Assembly: GCA_963788655.1 (NCBI GenBank)
Contig: CAWBHS010000010.1
Location: 1-44,806, forward strand
Direction: 5' to 3'
Length of the DNA stretch: 44,806 bases
From: an uncultured Verrucomicrobiae bacterium
GTDB taxonomy: Bacteria > Verrucomicrobiota > Verrucomicrobiia > Limisphaerales > JAFGQR01
Shown piece after piece: positions 1-9,529 of the stretch. Each line of letters opens with the position of its first letter. Positions within the stretch are counted from its first letter, which is position 1. The position numbers were made by a program, and so were the translations under genes. The notes beneath the pieces were generated by a model, which did not search any database, was not told the DNA's origin, and saw only the letters and a list, made by a program, of their open reading frames with translations.

Positions 1-317
1 GCTGCTGTATAAATTTCCGACTCAGCAAAGCGAAGCAACGGCAGCGTATCACGCTCCACGATTATTACATCGCATTGTGGGAGATTGCGTCGCTCACGGA
101 GCAATTGGGGAGTGGCGATGAAGCCACTGGTAATCCGGAATTGTCCTGGAACGATGAACCGTCGAAGAGTCTCACGGACAAAGCTCTCGCATATTGAGCC
201 GCTGGTTTTCAACTCACCATCAAGGCCGCCCTCCCGTTGGAGCAGTAGCTCCGATTCGCCAAGTGTGGTGTCGAGATAACGCAGATGAAGGTCGTGGAGT
301 TCCTGGATCGTTGGCAT
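1..317 (-). CDS. DUF6602-like putative PD-(D/E)xK nuclease-domain protein, N-terminal part (runs off the window edge)
   Basis: Manual translation from ATG 317 (alternative ATG 323; GAGG just upstream) has no stop before the edge: MPTIQELHDLHLRYLDTTLGESELLLQREGGLDGELKTSGSICESFVRETLRRFIVPGQFRITSGFIATPQLLRERRNLPQCDVIIVERDTLPLLRFAESEIYTA. The G-x-x-x-E..L..F..P...GFI....Q-x-D-V-I-I pattern resembles DUF6602. Absent from the ORF track because no stop lies in the window. Confidence 0.65.
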   Translation of the reverse strand, partial: MPTIQELHDLHLRYLDTTLGESELLLQREGGLDGELKTSGSICESFVRETLRRFIVPGQFRITSGFIATPQLLRERRNLPQCDVIIVERDTLPLLRFAESEIYTA

Positions 318-442
318 AACCATAACCTCAAGCACGCCGCTTAACGCTTTTTACTAACGGGAGTAGATAGGAACAGAAATAGTTGGCTTTTAGCTGAAGT
401 GGCTGAAAATCATTTTCCATAGCCAGGTAAACAAAGGTATTC

Positions 443-456
443 TGACAATACTGTCA
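443..456. promoter_or_regulatory. Candidate operator palindrome TGACA-N4-TGTCA overlapping a minus-strand TTGACA hexamer
   Basis: TGACAatacTGTCA lies in an AT-rich stretch about 125 nt upstream of the DUF6602-like gene. No convincing -10 element at canonical spacing. Confidence 0.3.
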
Positions 457-557
457 AATGTAAATTGGGGTGGTGGAACGTCCCCGCTTTTCCAGCGGTT
501 CCTGGCTCGTCATTCCGTTTGGTTAAGTTGACGAGTCATGGTCACGACAGCGCCACA

Positions 558-2294
558 CTACCACGTCTTCGAAACCTTCCTTTGGTTGGGATTGCTGCGG
601 CCGTTGCCGCGGAGGCGGTTTTGTTCGTATTGTTGTTGGGCTTCGTCCTGGTTCAGGTCGGCCAGCATTTCATCGAATTGTTGGCTGGGTTGCTGGTTGC
701 GTTGGGCGTTGCGATCGTTGGCCTGTTGCCGCTGCGCGTTTCGGCGTTGTTGGGCTTGTTGCTCGAGCTGCGCAGCAATCTGCTGGCGCAAACGGTTCAG
801 GTCCGCCTGGGTTTGTTCGAGGCCAGTCTGGGCGGGTTGATGCTCGGGTTGTACGGCCAACGCACGGTCAAAACTGGCTTCGGCACGTTCGAGGTGCTCA
901 ACGGCGTTCTCGATGGATCGCGGCTCGGCTTTGGCGGCTTCCTGGCGTTCCTGTTCGCCAACGGCGGTCAGCAGGTCGGGAAGGATTTCCTGGAGCTTCT
1001 CGATATTCGTCTGCGCTTCCTGGTTCTCCGCGTTCAGCGCCTGGGCTTCCTGGAAATCGTGCAACGCGTCCGATAATTCGCCGACGGCCCGCATCTGGTT
1101 TTTCTGTTGCAAGGCGTGCATGCCGGTCGCCATTTCCTGGCGGCCCTCACGGATATGGAGTTGTTCCAGCGCCTGGCGGACTTCCTCTTCGCCGCGTTGG
1201 GCGTCTTCGTGCTGCGGGTTCAGCGCCAGCGCCTGGTCGAAATCAGCGAGCGCTTCCTGGTAATCCTCCACGGCCTGCTCGGGTCGGTTTTGCGCCTGCT
1301 GGTCGCCTTCCTGTTGTTGCTGCCGGCCCATGCGCGCATACAAATCCGCCAGCTTGTCCGTCACCCGTTCGGTGCCTTCTTCAGCCTTCTGGATTTCCGA
1401 ATCTTTGGCTTTCGATTCAGTTGCCGACTGCTCCGCCGCAGTCTTCTCCGGCGATGTCTGTTGGGCGGACTGTTGGTCGCGCGAAGCATCCTTTTGCGCC
1501 TCGGACTGGTCGGCGGCTTGCGGTTCCTGGAAGGCCGCACGGTCGAAATTGGACAACGCTTCCTGGTAATGCTTTTCCGCTTCGTGGTCGGACCACGAGT
1601 TGCGGGAGGCAAAATTCTGGTCACCTTGCTTTTCCTGTTTGGCGGCCAGTTCGTTCAGGCTTTCGCGCAGTTGCCGGTCGGTCTGTTCGATCTTGGGCTC
1701 GATCTGCGAATCGGTGGGCGTGAGTTCCTTTGCTTCCTGGTAATAGTCCAACGCAGCCTGCAAGTTTTCGATTTTCGGTTCCAGCGATTGCTTTTGAGCT
1801 TTCTGCGCCAGTTGGTCGCCGAGCCGGACTTTCAATTTGGCCAGCTTGGCTTCGACCAATTCGAGGTTGGGCCGGGCCACCGAATGATGCCGGCTTTCGG
1901 ACAGCACCACGCGGTAAGCCTCGCAACTGCGCTCCCACAATTCCACCGTCTGCTCGGGCGCCGATTCGTAATAGGGTTCACCCAGGCGAAACGCCACGTT
2001 GCCGAGTTGGGTCCAGACTTGTTTCCAAAGCGAACGCGGTAATTGCGTGGTGGCGAGGTCCTGCCAGATGCGGTCGGCTTCCGCGTAGTTCTTCGCCGCG
2101 TAAGCGGTCACGCCGAGGTTGTAGCGCAACCACGGATCGTTGGGCTGCTGTTGCATCAACTCCTTGACCGTCGCGGCGGCCTGATTCGGATGATTTTCCT
2201 GCAACAGTTCGCGGGCCTTGTCGAGTTCGTCCTGGGCCCACAGGGACGGCGCCAGCAGGAGAACCATGATCCAACCGAGCAATGAGGTTTTCAT
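558..2294 (-). CDS. Exported TPR-repeat protein (BatC-like, extended)
   Basis: 578 aa with signal peptide (MKTSLLGWIMVLLLAPSLWA), TPR-like segments (YNLGVTAYAAKNYAEA, QLGNVAFRLG), Gln-rich linkers, and a C-terminal KTW like the BatC KDW end. Last gene of the MoxR/VWA operon; start overlaps the upstream stop (ATGA). Confidence 0.8.
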   Translation of the reverse strand: MKTSLLGWIMVLLLAPSLWAQDELDKARELLQENHPNQAAATVKELMQQQPNDPWLRYNLGVTAYAAKNYAEADRIWQDLATTQLPRSLWKQVWTQLGNVAFRLGEPYYESAPEQTVELWERSCEAYRVVLSESRHHSVARPNLELVEAKLAKLKVRLGDQLAQKAQKQSLEPKIENLQAALDYYQEAKELTPTDSQIEPKIEQTDRQLRESLNELAAKQEKQGDQNFASRNSWSDHEAEKHYQEALSNFDRAAFQEPQAADQSEAQKDASRDQQSAQQTSPEKTAAEQSATESKAKDSEIQKAEEGTERVTDKLADLYARMGRQQQQEGDQQAQNRPEQAVEDYQEALADFDQALALNPQHEDAQRGEEEVRQALEQLHIREGRQEMATGMHALQQKNQMRAVGELSDALHDFQEAQALNAENQEAQTNIEKLQEILPDLLTAVGEQERQEAAKAEPRSIENAVEHLERAEASFDRALAVQPEHQPAQTGLEQTQADLNRLRQQIAAQLEQQAQQRRNAQRQQANDRNAQRNQQPSQQFDEMLADLNQDEAQQQYEQNRLRGNGRSNPNQRKVSKTW

Positions 2295-3318
2295 CGTTTC
2301 GTCGAGTTTTTGAACTTACCACGTTTGCGTTCACTCACAACCATCTCGATCAGCACCAGCCCAATGGCCAGACCGAGCGGCCATTGGAAGTATTCACGGT
2401 AATCGCGCAGCTTGCGTTTCTCCTTGCCGGTGGCGAGCCGGGAAAGGCCGCGATCGTAAATGGTCTGCAGGCCTTCGCCGTCCGCGCCGAGCGATTCGTA
2501 GAATCCGCGTCCGTTCACGGCGATTTGCTGGAGCACGCGCCGGTCAAAGCGGGACACCACGTCGCGCCCGAATTCATTCTGCACATACTCCAACCGCCGG
2601 TTTTGCCGGTTGGGCAGCCGGGCACCGCCCGAGGAACCCACGCCCACGGTGAACACCTTCACTCGTTTGGCGGCGGCTTCGCGCGCGGCGATGATGGCGT
2701 CGCCCTGCAATTGCTCGCCGTCGCTCACCAGCACCAGTGCTTTCGAGGCATAATCTGCTTCGGTGAGCAACGTCGTCGTCAACCGGATGGCCGCGGCAAT
2801 ATCCGTGCCGGGATCGGAGAGCGAGCGCGTATCGACCGCTTCGAGGCTGCGTTTGAACGCCACGTGATCCCGCGTGAAAGGCGTGACCAACCGGGCGTTG
2901 CCGGCAAAGATGATCAAGCCCACGCGATCACCGGTCAACCGGTCCACCAGGCGTTCAATGCCGGTCTTTGGCGGCGGCCAGGCGATTCGTGCCGTCCGCG
3001 TCTTCGGCGAGCATGCTGCGCGAGATGTCCAGCGCGATTATGAAGTCCACCCCCGAACGGTCCACCAGCACTTCGAGATGACCATATTGCGGCCGGGCCA
3101 GCGCCACGAACAACGCCGCGACCGCGACGCAAAACAAGCAGCCCTTTAAACACGCGCCGCGCTGGGCTGACCGACCGCAATAGCAATTCGTGCAAGCGCG
3201 GTGCCATGACCCGACGCAGGAGCCGTTTCCGCTGCCAGGCGCCCCACGCGAAAAAGATCAGGCAAAACGGCACCGCCGCCGCGATGTACCAAAGCCAGTT
3301 GACGTCGTTGAACTTCAT
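2291..3318 (-). CDS. VWA-domain membrane protein (BatB-like); two single-base-insertion frameshifts near 3138 and 2968
   Basis: Three consecutive frames join into ~341 aa: MKFNDVNWLW..., then ALARPQYG...ALDISRSM (MIDAS DxSxS), then DRVGLIIFAGNA...VLVSDGE...EYFQWPLGLA. Start overlaps the batA-like stop (ATGA). Confidence 0.85.
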
Positions 3319-4283
3319 GGCAGGCGCCTCCACACGGTTTGCCGCAACATGACTTCCAGGAGGAACAGCCCAATCCCGGGCCAGACGAACCACGGGAACA
3401 GTTCGCGGTAGCTCTTTTGTTTCTTCTCCTTGAACTCCACCTTTTCGAGCTGATCAATTTGGTCATACACTGACCGCAAGCCCGCCGTATCCGTCACGCG
3501 GAAATATTGTCCGCCGGTCCGGTGGGCCAGGCGGGTGAGTGAGTCCTTCAAACCGTTCCAGGATTTCAGCGACAGGTAATCGACGATCTGAATGACGTGA
3601 CATTTGATGCCAAGCGGCTGGATGGCGTCGGCCACTTGTTCAATGGGCGGCCCGGCGCTGATGCTTTCGGCGTCAGTCACCAGAATTTGCACGCGCGGTT
3701 CATTGGTCAAGGCGCGCAAGTGCGCAGCGCCGACCAGCAGGCCCGCACCCAACGCCGTCCGGCGGCTGATGGGTTCCACGCGCAGCCGTTCGGCCAGCCA
3801 TTCGTGGTCGAGCGTCAGCGGGCTCATCAGGAAGGCATTGGACGACAGGCAAACCAGTCCGATGCGGTCATTGAGCCGGCTGTTGATGAACTCCGTGCAA
3901 ACCGCTTTCAATCCGTCCAGGCGCCGCACTTTGCGGCCATCGAGCGTGAAATCCTTTTTGCCCATCGACGACGAAAAGTCCAGCGTGAGCATGATGTTGA
4001 TGCCCTTCGATTCGTCGTTGACCTCGCCTTTTTCGCGCTGCGGCCGGGCAATGGCGACGATCAACAGGACGAGCGCAAGATAACGCAGCGCCACAAGCAA
4101 CCGGCGCGGCTGAAACCGAGTTTGCCGGCTGGCCTCGCGCAGCAATTGTTCGGAAGAATACGTTACCGCGGCCACCGGCGCGTATCGTCCGCGCAACCAC
4201 GCCCACAGCGGAATCAAGAGCAGCAGGCCCAGCAACCAGGGGCTTTCGAAGCGATATGGCCCGATGACCAGCACGTCCGTCAT
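3315..4283 (-). CDS. VWA-domain membrane protein (BatA-like)
   Basis: 322 aa with N-terminal BatA-type segment (FESPWLLGLLLLIP...ARPQ), MIDAS DFSSSM, DRIGLV, SPLTLDH, TGGQYFR and a C-terminal TM helix. Confidence 0.88.
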   Translation of the reverse strand: MTDVLVIGPYRFESPWLLGLLLLIPLWAWLRGRYAPVAAVTYSSEQLLREASRQTRFQPRRLLVALRYLALVLLIVAIARPQREKGEVNDESKGINIMLTLDFSSSMGKKDFTLDGRKVRRLDGLKAVCTEFINSRLNDRIGLVCLSSNAFLMSPLTLDHEWLAERLRVEPISRRTALGAGLLVGAAHLRALTNEPRVQILVTDAESISAGPPIEQVADAIQPLGIKCHVIQIVDYLSLKSWNGLKDSLTRLAHRTGGQYFRVTDTAGLRSVYDQIDQLEKVEFKEKKQKSYRELFPWFVWPGIGLFLLEVMLRQTVWRRLP

Positions 4284-4867
4284 GCGGCGGGCCTCCCGGA
4301 GGGTTCCGCGGCCAACGGCTTGGTGTGGTTGGGTGGCACCGGTGTGACGGAAGTGTCAGGCGACGCTGAAGCTGGAATCGACTCGTTCACAAAGCGCACC
4401 GCGGCTTGGTGCAACTTTTCCAGTTCTTCGCGGTGCGCGCGGTTCCGGGCAAACTTCAACAGGTCACAACAGCCCAGGTATTCGGCCAATAGTTCGCGGT
4501 GCCGTGGTTCGAGCGCCGAGGATTGGCTGGCGGCCACAAGAAATTCTTCCGTCGCCTGCAATGGCGCGCGAATGCCGAAGCGGGCTTCAATGTAGCGACG
4601 CACAATACGAGTCGATTCAATGCCATATTCCCGCGAGTGCTGCGGGTCAAATAAGTGCAACAACTGCGCCAGGGCTTCGAGCGCTTCTTCGTGCGGCGGT
4701 CGTCCGGGTTTCACCGGCCGTGGGCGAACGACCCGCGGCTTGCGGAAGCGGAGATACAGCACCACCAGGACGACCAGCAGGACCGCCGCTCCCGCCAGCC
4801 AGAACCAGAGCGGATTCATCGGCTCCAGCAGGCGCAAATCTTCAATGAGGTTCGGGTCCGGATTCAT
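4280..4867 (-). CDS. Single-TM accessory protein of MoxR/Bat operon (DUF4381-like)
   Basis: 195 aa with N-terminal TM helix followed by PHEEALEAL..., VRRYIEARFGIRA...TEEFL and DLLKFA motifs typical of this operon position. ATGA overlaps on both sides. Confidence 0.75.
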   Translation of the reverse strand: MNPDPNLIEDLRLLEPMNPLWFWLAGAAVLLVVLVVLYLRFRKPRVVRPRPVKPGRPPHEEALEALAQLLHLFDPQHSREYGIESTRIVRRYIEARFGIRAPLQATEEFLVAASQSSALEPRHRELLAEYLGCCDLLKFARNRAHREELEKLHQAAVRFVNESIPASASPDTSVTPVPPNHTKPLAAEPSGRPAA

Positions 4868-5746
4868 GGATGCAAACGGCGGTGGCGATTTTTGAAGAAC
4901 TTGATGAGCGCTTTGAAATAGGGTTCGTCGGTCTGCACTTCGATGGCATCCAGGTGGGACTGCCGGAAGAGTTGCCGCAGCCGGTCAAGGCGGGCATTGG
5001 CGCCCGTCGGCAAAGGTGCGTTGGGTGCGGGGATCGGCGGTGTTGATTTCCAGCACCCGGCCAGTCTCGGCATCTTCGAAGGCGATCCAACCCACCTCCG
5101 GCAATTCGCGCTCGGTGGCATCAACAACCGGCACCGCGATCAAGTCATGCTTGCGGCCGGTGACCTTCAACGCGCGCTCGAACCCCGTGTCCAAAAAGTC
5201 CGAAATCACGAAGACCACCGCGCGCCGGTTGAGCGCGTGCCCGATGTAACGCAGGGCGGCGGCGAGGTTGGTGCCGCGGTGCCGGGGTTGGAAGGTCAGG
5301 ATTTCGCTGATCAACGCCAGCACGTGACTGCGCCCTTTGGCCGGCGGCGCGTAATGTTCGGCCTGATCGGTGAACAGTAACAGGCCCACCTTGTCGTTGT
5401 TGTGAATCGCACTGAACGCCAGCACCGCGGCCAGTTCGGCGGCCAGTTCGCGCTTGCTCTGGTTGACCGAACCAATGGCGCCGGACGCACTGGCATCGAC
5501 CAGCAGCATCACGGTCATCTCGCGTTCTTCGATGTATTGCTTGATGTAGGTGGTGCCGGTGCGGGCGGTCACGTTCCAATCAATCGAACGCACGTCGTCG
5601 CCGGCCTGGTATTCGCGCACCTCCTCGAAGTCCAGCCCACGGCCTTTAAAAACCGAATGGTACTGCCCGGCCATCATGTTCTCCACCAACCGAATGGTGC
5701 GCATCTCAATGCGACGGATTTTGCGAAGCCATTCAACGGGGATCAT
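4864..5746 (-). CDS. DUF58 domain protein; one single-base insertion near 5004
   Basis: MIPVEWLRKIRRIE..., GQYHSVFKGRGLDFEEVREYQAGDDVRSIDWNVTAR, EEREMTVMLLVDASAS and ISDFLD. The C-terminus continues in the adjacent frame (ANARLDRL...RRLHP); ~293 aa when joined. Confidence 0.9.
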
Positions 5747-5756
5747 CTCGAAATAA

Positions 5757-5784
5757 GGCTGAAGGCTGAAGGCTGAAGGCTGAA
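5757..5784. repeat. Tandem heptamer (GGCTGAA)x4
   Basis: Four exact copies directly upstream of the DUF58 start. Confidence 0.9.
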
Positions 5785-5852
5785 ATGAAATCCGACTTGC
5801 GAGGCGAATCCACCGTGAATGGACTCGGCCCAACTGGACTGCAACCAACCCC

Positions 5853-6026
5853 GGTAGGGCGAGACTCCGTCGAGCCCTGATTTCCACTCATGGCGATCTG
5901 AGGTACCCGAAGACGGAATCGCGGGAAGCCTACGGAATTTCGAACGTCAGAAATCTCCCATGGTTTCGCCACTGCTTGCCGAAGACGCTTCGGGGAAGTT
6001 AGGGCTCGACGGAGTCTTGCCCTTCC
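5853..6026. repeat. REP-like inverted pair (REPIN), family GGTAGGGCGAGACTCCGTCGAGCC, copy 1
   Basis: Arm 5853-5878 GGTAGGGCGAGACTCCGTCGAGCCCT; inverted arm 6001-6026 AGGGCTCGACGGAGTCTTGCCCTTCC. GTAG tetramer at the foot. The same arm recurs at 10614. Confidence 0.85.
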
Positions 6027-6120
6027 GGAGAGAAAGCCGCGACGATAAGAGTCGCATGGCGTGCAACAATTCAGCGGGAGACAGGAACGAACAAAAACCA
6101 AATGTATAACCTTCACTTCA

Positions 6121-6153
6121 GTAATTCGTGATAATTCGTGTCCATTCGTGGTT
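6121..6153. repeat. 10-nt period ATTCGTG repeat x3
   Basis: gtaattcgtg ataattcgtg tccattcgtg gtt, just downstream of moxR. Confidence 0.7.
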
Positions 6154-6189
6154 CGAGCACTTGTTCCATTGCAACGTTCGGCACGTCTG

Positions 6190-7179
6190 TTAGGGCACAG
6201 GCACTTTCTCCAGCAAATACTTCACGATCTTTTCGCTGGTGACCTCTTCGGCTTCAGCTTCGAAGGTGGTGATGATGCGGTGGCGCAACACGTCGATGGC
6301 AATGCTTTTGACATCCATGGGCGTCACGTGGCCGCGGCCCTGGAGCAAGGCGTAGGCGCGGGCGGCGAGATTTAAGTTGATGGACGCGCGCGGCGAACCG
6401 CCAAAGCGGATCATGCCTTTCATGTCCGGGATGTAACGATCGGGCTCCCGCGTGGTGAGCACGAGCCGAATGATGTAATCCTCGATCTGTTCGTCCACGT
6501 GAATTTGATCCACGATCTTGCGCAGTTCGAGAATGGCGGCAGGCTCGACCACGGGCTTGAGTTCGATGCGGGCGCTGGTGCGGGCCATCAATTTCATGAT
6601 CCGCTTTTCCTCTTCCTCGTTGGGATACGTGACCACCACCTTCAACATGAACCGGTCCACCTGCGCTTCGGGCAGCGTGTACGTGCCTTCCTGTTCGATG
6701 GGGTTTTGCGTGGCCAGCACCAGGAATGGTTCCGGCAGCGGAAAGCTCTCTTCGCCGATGGTAACCTGCCGTTCCTGCATCGCCTCGAGCAGGGCGCTTT
6801 GCACCTTGGCGTGGGCGCGATTGATCTCGTCCGCCAGGATCAAATTGGCGAAGATGGGCCCCTTGCGGGTGAAGTAGGTGGCTTCCTTGGGATTGTAGAT
6901 CAGGTTGCCCAGCAGATCACTCGGCAGCAGGTCGGGCGTGAATTGGATGCGTTGGAACTTGGTCTTGATGGTCCGGGCCAGTGAACTAATGGTCAGCGTC
7001 TTAGCCAAGCCGGGCACGCCTTCGAGCAGCACGTGACCGTTGGCCAGCAGGCCGACCAGCAACCGGTCCACCAGGTATTGCTGGCCCACGATGGCCCGAG
7101 CGATTTCCTGCTGAATGGCTTTGAGGGAGGTGTGCGATTGCTGCACCAATCGGTTGATTTGCTCAAGGTCGGATTGCAT
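6190..7179 (-). CDS. moxR: MoxR-family AAA+ ATPase
   Basis: 329 aa with Walker A HVLLEGVPGLAKT, RIQFTPDLLPSD, Walker B LADEINRA, ATQNPIEQEGTYTLPEAQVDRF and GGSPRA. Confidence 0.95.
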   Translation of the reverse strand: MQSDLEQINRLVQQSHTSLKAIQQEIARAIVGQQYLVDRLLVGLLANGHVLLEGVPGLAKTLTISSLARTIKTKFQRIQFTPDLLPSDLLGNLIYNPKEATYFTRKGPIFANLILADEINRAHAKVQSALLEAMQERQVTIGEESFPLPEPFLVLATQNPIEQEGTYTLPEAQVDRFMLKVVVTYPNEEEEKRIMKLMARTSARIELKPVVEPAAILELRKIVDQIHVDEQIEDYIIRLVLTTREPDRYIPDMKGMIRFGGSPRASINLNLAARAYALLQGRGHVTPMDVKSIAIDVLRHRIITTFEAEAEEVTSEKIVKYLLEKVPVP

Positions 7180-7896
7180 AGAGTTCCGCGTATTGATTCA
7201 ATGTGTGAGCGGCCAGCGTGGCGGATGGTCCGGCTTTTGGCAAGGATAGAATCAGGGGTGCGCGCGTTGCTTGCCTCGAGTTGGGCAGGAAACATTAGGA
7301 TTGCCCAAATACTGCCGGCGTCACATTATGGGAATCAAGGTCATCGAAGAAGGGGGCGTTGTGTAGCGAGCTTCGCACGTCCGACCGAGCGCAACTCTTT
7401 TTGGAACGGCTCAATCGCTCCGTCAAGGACACTGCAACGTTCTACGCGGTTGGCCTTTTGGGCAGGCAGAAGCCAGCAGCGCCGACATCCCTCGTGCCCG
7501 GATTGGGCAACTGCGATAAGGCCGGGAATGTTTACGCTCCAGTTCTTGAGCGGCAGTCATGTTAATAATTATGATTGCAATTGGTGGTGGGGCTTGCCAT
7601 ATTGACCCCGAACCACAGATTGGATGGCAGGTCGGTCAATTTGTTTTGGCCTGCTGTTAATCGGCAAAAAGATTCATCAGTGGGATGTCTCTTCGGGCGA
7701 AAGCCGCTTTTCCTCCAATTCCAAGCTGCACGCAAAATTGGGCTTTATTTTGCTACTCAGTGTTCGCAAACGGGTCATGAGGGTCAAAAGCCGGTTGGGA
7801 ATACCGGCGGGGTGAACAGCCCCGGATGAAATGGGCAGATGTTCTGCCAAGATTATAGAGAACAGAGACAGTTGCATTGACCAAACCGAACGTCAG

Positions 7897-8350
7897 ATGA
7901 TTAAAGAGCATGAACAACAAACGGCCTTTTTGAAGGACCTCGTGTTCGCCGCGAATCCGCCGGAGGCGGCGAAGCTATTGGACCGGCTTCGGAAAGCACA
8001 ATGCGATGCCAAGTGCAGCCGCCGGGCCGTCGGTATTGTCTTCCTGACCGCGGCACTGGCCCTGGCAGGAATCGGCTACGGGTCGATTTTGCAGCCGCAG
8101 TTCTTCTACCGGTCCACCGTGCTGGCGCAGAGTTTTTCCGTGTTGCTGGTCGCATCCCTGATCTCGTTGGTGGTTTTCCTGATCATCTGGCTCGGCTTCA
8201 TGGCCCGTTGCAATAACGTGCGCCGTGAATGCCGAAACCTCGGTACTGCAATCGATGCAAACACGGCTCACGCCTCCGGTTTCGGTCAGTTCCCTGCCGG
8301 CGGCAATCGGCATCGGCTCGCCCGAACACTCTCTTGCCGCCGGGATCTAA
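7897..8350 (+). CDS. Hypothetical two-TM membrane protein (~150 aa); probable single-base insertion near 8241
   Basis: MIKEHEQQTAFLKDL..., two hydrophobic helices, then RRECRNL. A +1 shift gives VLQSMQTRL...AAGI-TAA at 8350. The uncorrected frame runs on into the convergent gene. Confidence 0.6.
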
Positions 8351-8515
8351 ACGGCGGGAACGGAGTGACGCCAGGCCGGCTCGCTAAACAGTTCAACCTA
8401 CTGAGGTACCGAGCAGCCGCCCTGCGTTTGGTGTGCGGCGAGTTTGCTGCTGTTATCGATGGATGCCGGGCGCAGGAGGAAGGCGGCGCGCCCAAGGAAT
8501 TAACGCCCGCTCCAA

Positions 8516-9529
8516 TTAGCGAGAACCCTTTGACGTAGGCGGATTTGTTCCTAACAGTTTCCGGGTCTTCATCCATTCCGCGCAACGTACGGGCCAGGTA
8601 GCCACTTCGCCCCCGCGAACACCCAGGCCGTAACCATGGCCACCTCGGTCGTAAAGTTGGAGATTCGAAGGCACGCCCGCGCGCTCCAGCGCAGTCTGAA
8701 ACCGACGGCTGTTTTCCACATTCACCGGATCATCCCGCGTTTGCACAAGAAACGCGGGTGGTGTTTCCGCCGTCACGTGGCGTTCGTTGGAATAGCGTTC
8801 GATTAGTTGAGGTTCCGGCGCGGGCCCCAGCAGCCGGGCGCGCGATCCTTGGTGACCGATTTCGTCGTCCAGGGAGATGACCGGATAGACCAAGATCATA
8901 AAGTCCGGACGGCAACTCAGGCGATCCAACGGATCAGGCGCGTCGGGCCGCCCGCGATCAAAATGAGTTCCCAACGTCGAAGTCAGATGCCCGCCCGCCG
9001 AAAATCCCATAATGCCGATGCGATGCGGATCGAGCCGCCAGGCAACCGCTCGACTGCGCGCCAGGCGAAGCGCCCGTTCCGCGTCCCGCACCGGCCAGGG
9101 CTTGTCGCCCGCGGTTAACTTCGGCTGGGGCAGCCGATATTTCAGGACCAGTCCGGCAACGCCCAGCGTGTTTAGCCAGCGAGCCACGTCGTAGCCTTCC
9201 TTGTCGATGGCCAGGCTGGAATAGCCGCCGCCGGGGCAAATCACTACCGCCGTCCCGGTGGCCTTGTCGGCTTCGGGCAAGTAAACCGTCAACGTGGGCC
9301 ACGTGACATTGCGAAAGGAGCGGTCGGGCTTTTCCGGCGCACCGCGTTCCACCGATACCTCGGGCGGCGCCGACTCGAGGTGAGGCAAAGCATTGGAGGA
9401 CCAAAGCGCCAGTTGGAAGGACGGGCGGTTAGTTTCCGCGGCAACCAACGCAAAACCGCCGCCCAACATGAGCACCACAACCAACACGGCACGACATTGG
9501 GCCGCACCGCATCGTTTCACTTCAGCCAT
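8516..9529 (-). CDS. Exported alpha/beta-hydrolase (carbohydrate/acetyl esterase-like)
   Basis: ICPGGGY oxyanion region, nucleophile elbow GFSAGG, RPDFMILVYPVI, DDPV and GGHGYG. Signal-peptide-like N-terminus; overlaps the pectate lyase end. Start uncertain (9529 or a later ATG). Confidence 0.88.
   Translation of the reverse strand: MAEVKRCGAAQCRAVLVVVLMLGGGFALVAAETNRPSFQLALWSSNALPHLESAPPEVSVERGAPEKPDRSFRNVTWPTLTVYLPEADKATGTAVVICPGGGYSSLAIDKEGYDVARWLNTLGVAGLVLKYRLPQPKLTAGDKPWPVRDAERALRLARSRAVAWRLDPHRIGIMGFSAGGHLTSTLGTHFDRGRPDAPDPLDRLSCRPDFMILVYPVISLDDEIGHQGSRARLLGPAPEPQLIERYSNERHVTAETPPAFLVQTRDDPVNVENSRRFQTALERAGVPSNLQLYDRGGHGYGLGVRGGEVATWPVRCAEWMKTRKLLGTNPPTSKGSR

Noticed and set aside
465..5776. 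Long plus-strand ORFs (e.g. 1107..2042, 3597..4595) and similar antisense ORFs over czc and the giant genes
   Set aside because: Antisense shadows of well-supported genes in GC-rich DNA, with no recognisable motifs.
5757..6153. CRISPR-like array
   Set aside because: The repeats are 7-10 nt tandem units or inverted pairs without unique spacers, and no cas genes are present.
7180..7896. Possible riboswitch or ncRNA in the long divergent spacer (TTGGGCA...TGCCCAA at 7281-7308; hairpins near 7697 and 7791-7823)
   Set aside because: Only short hairpins; no match to a riboswitch consensus I can recognise. An Rfam scan would be needed.
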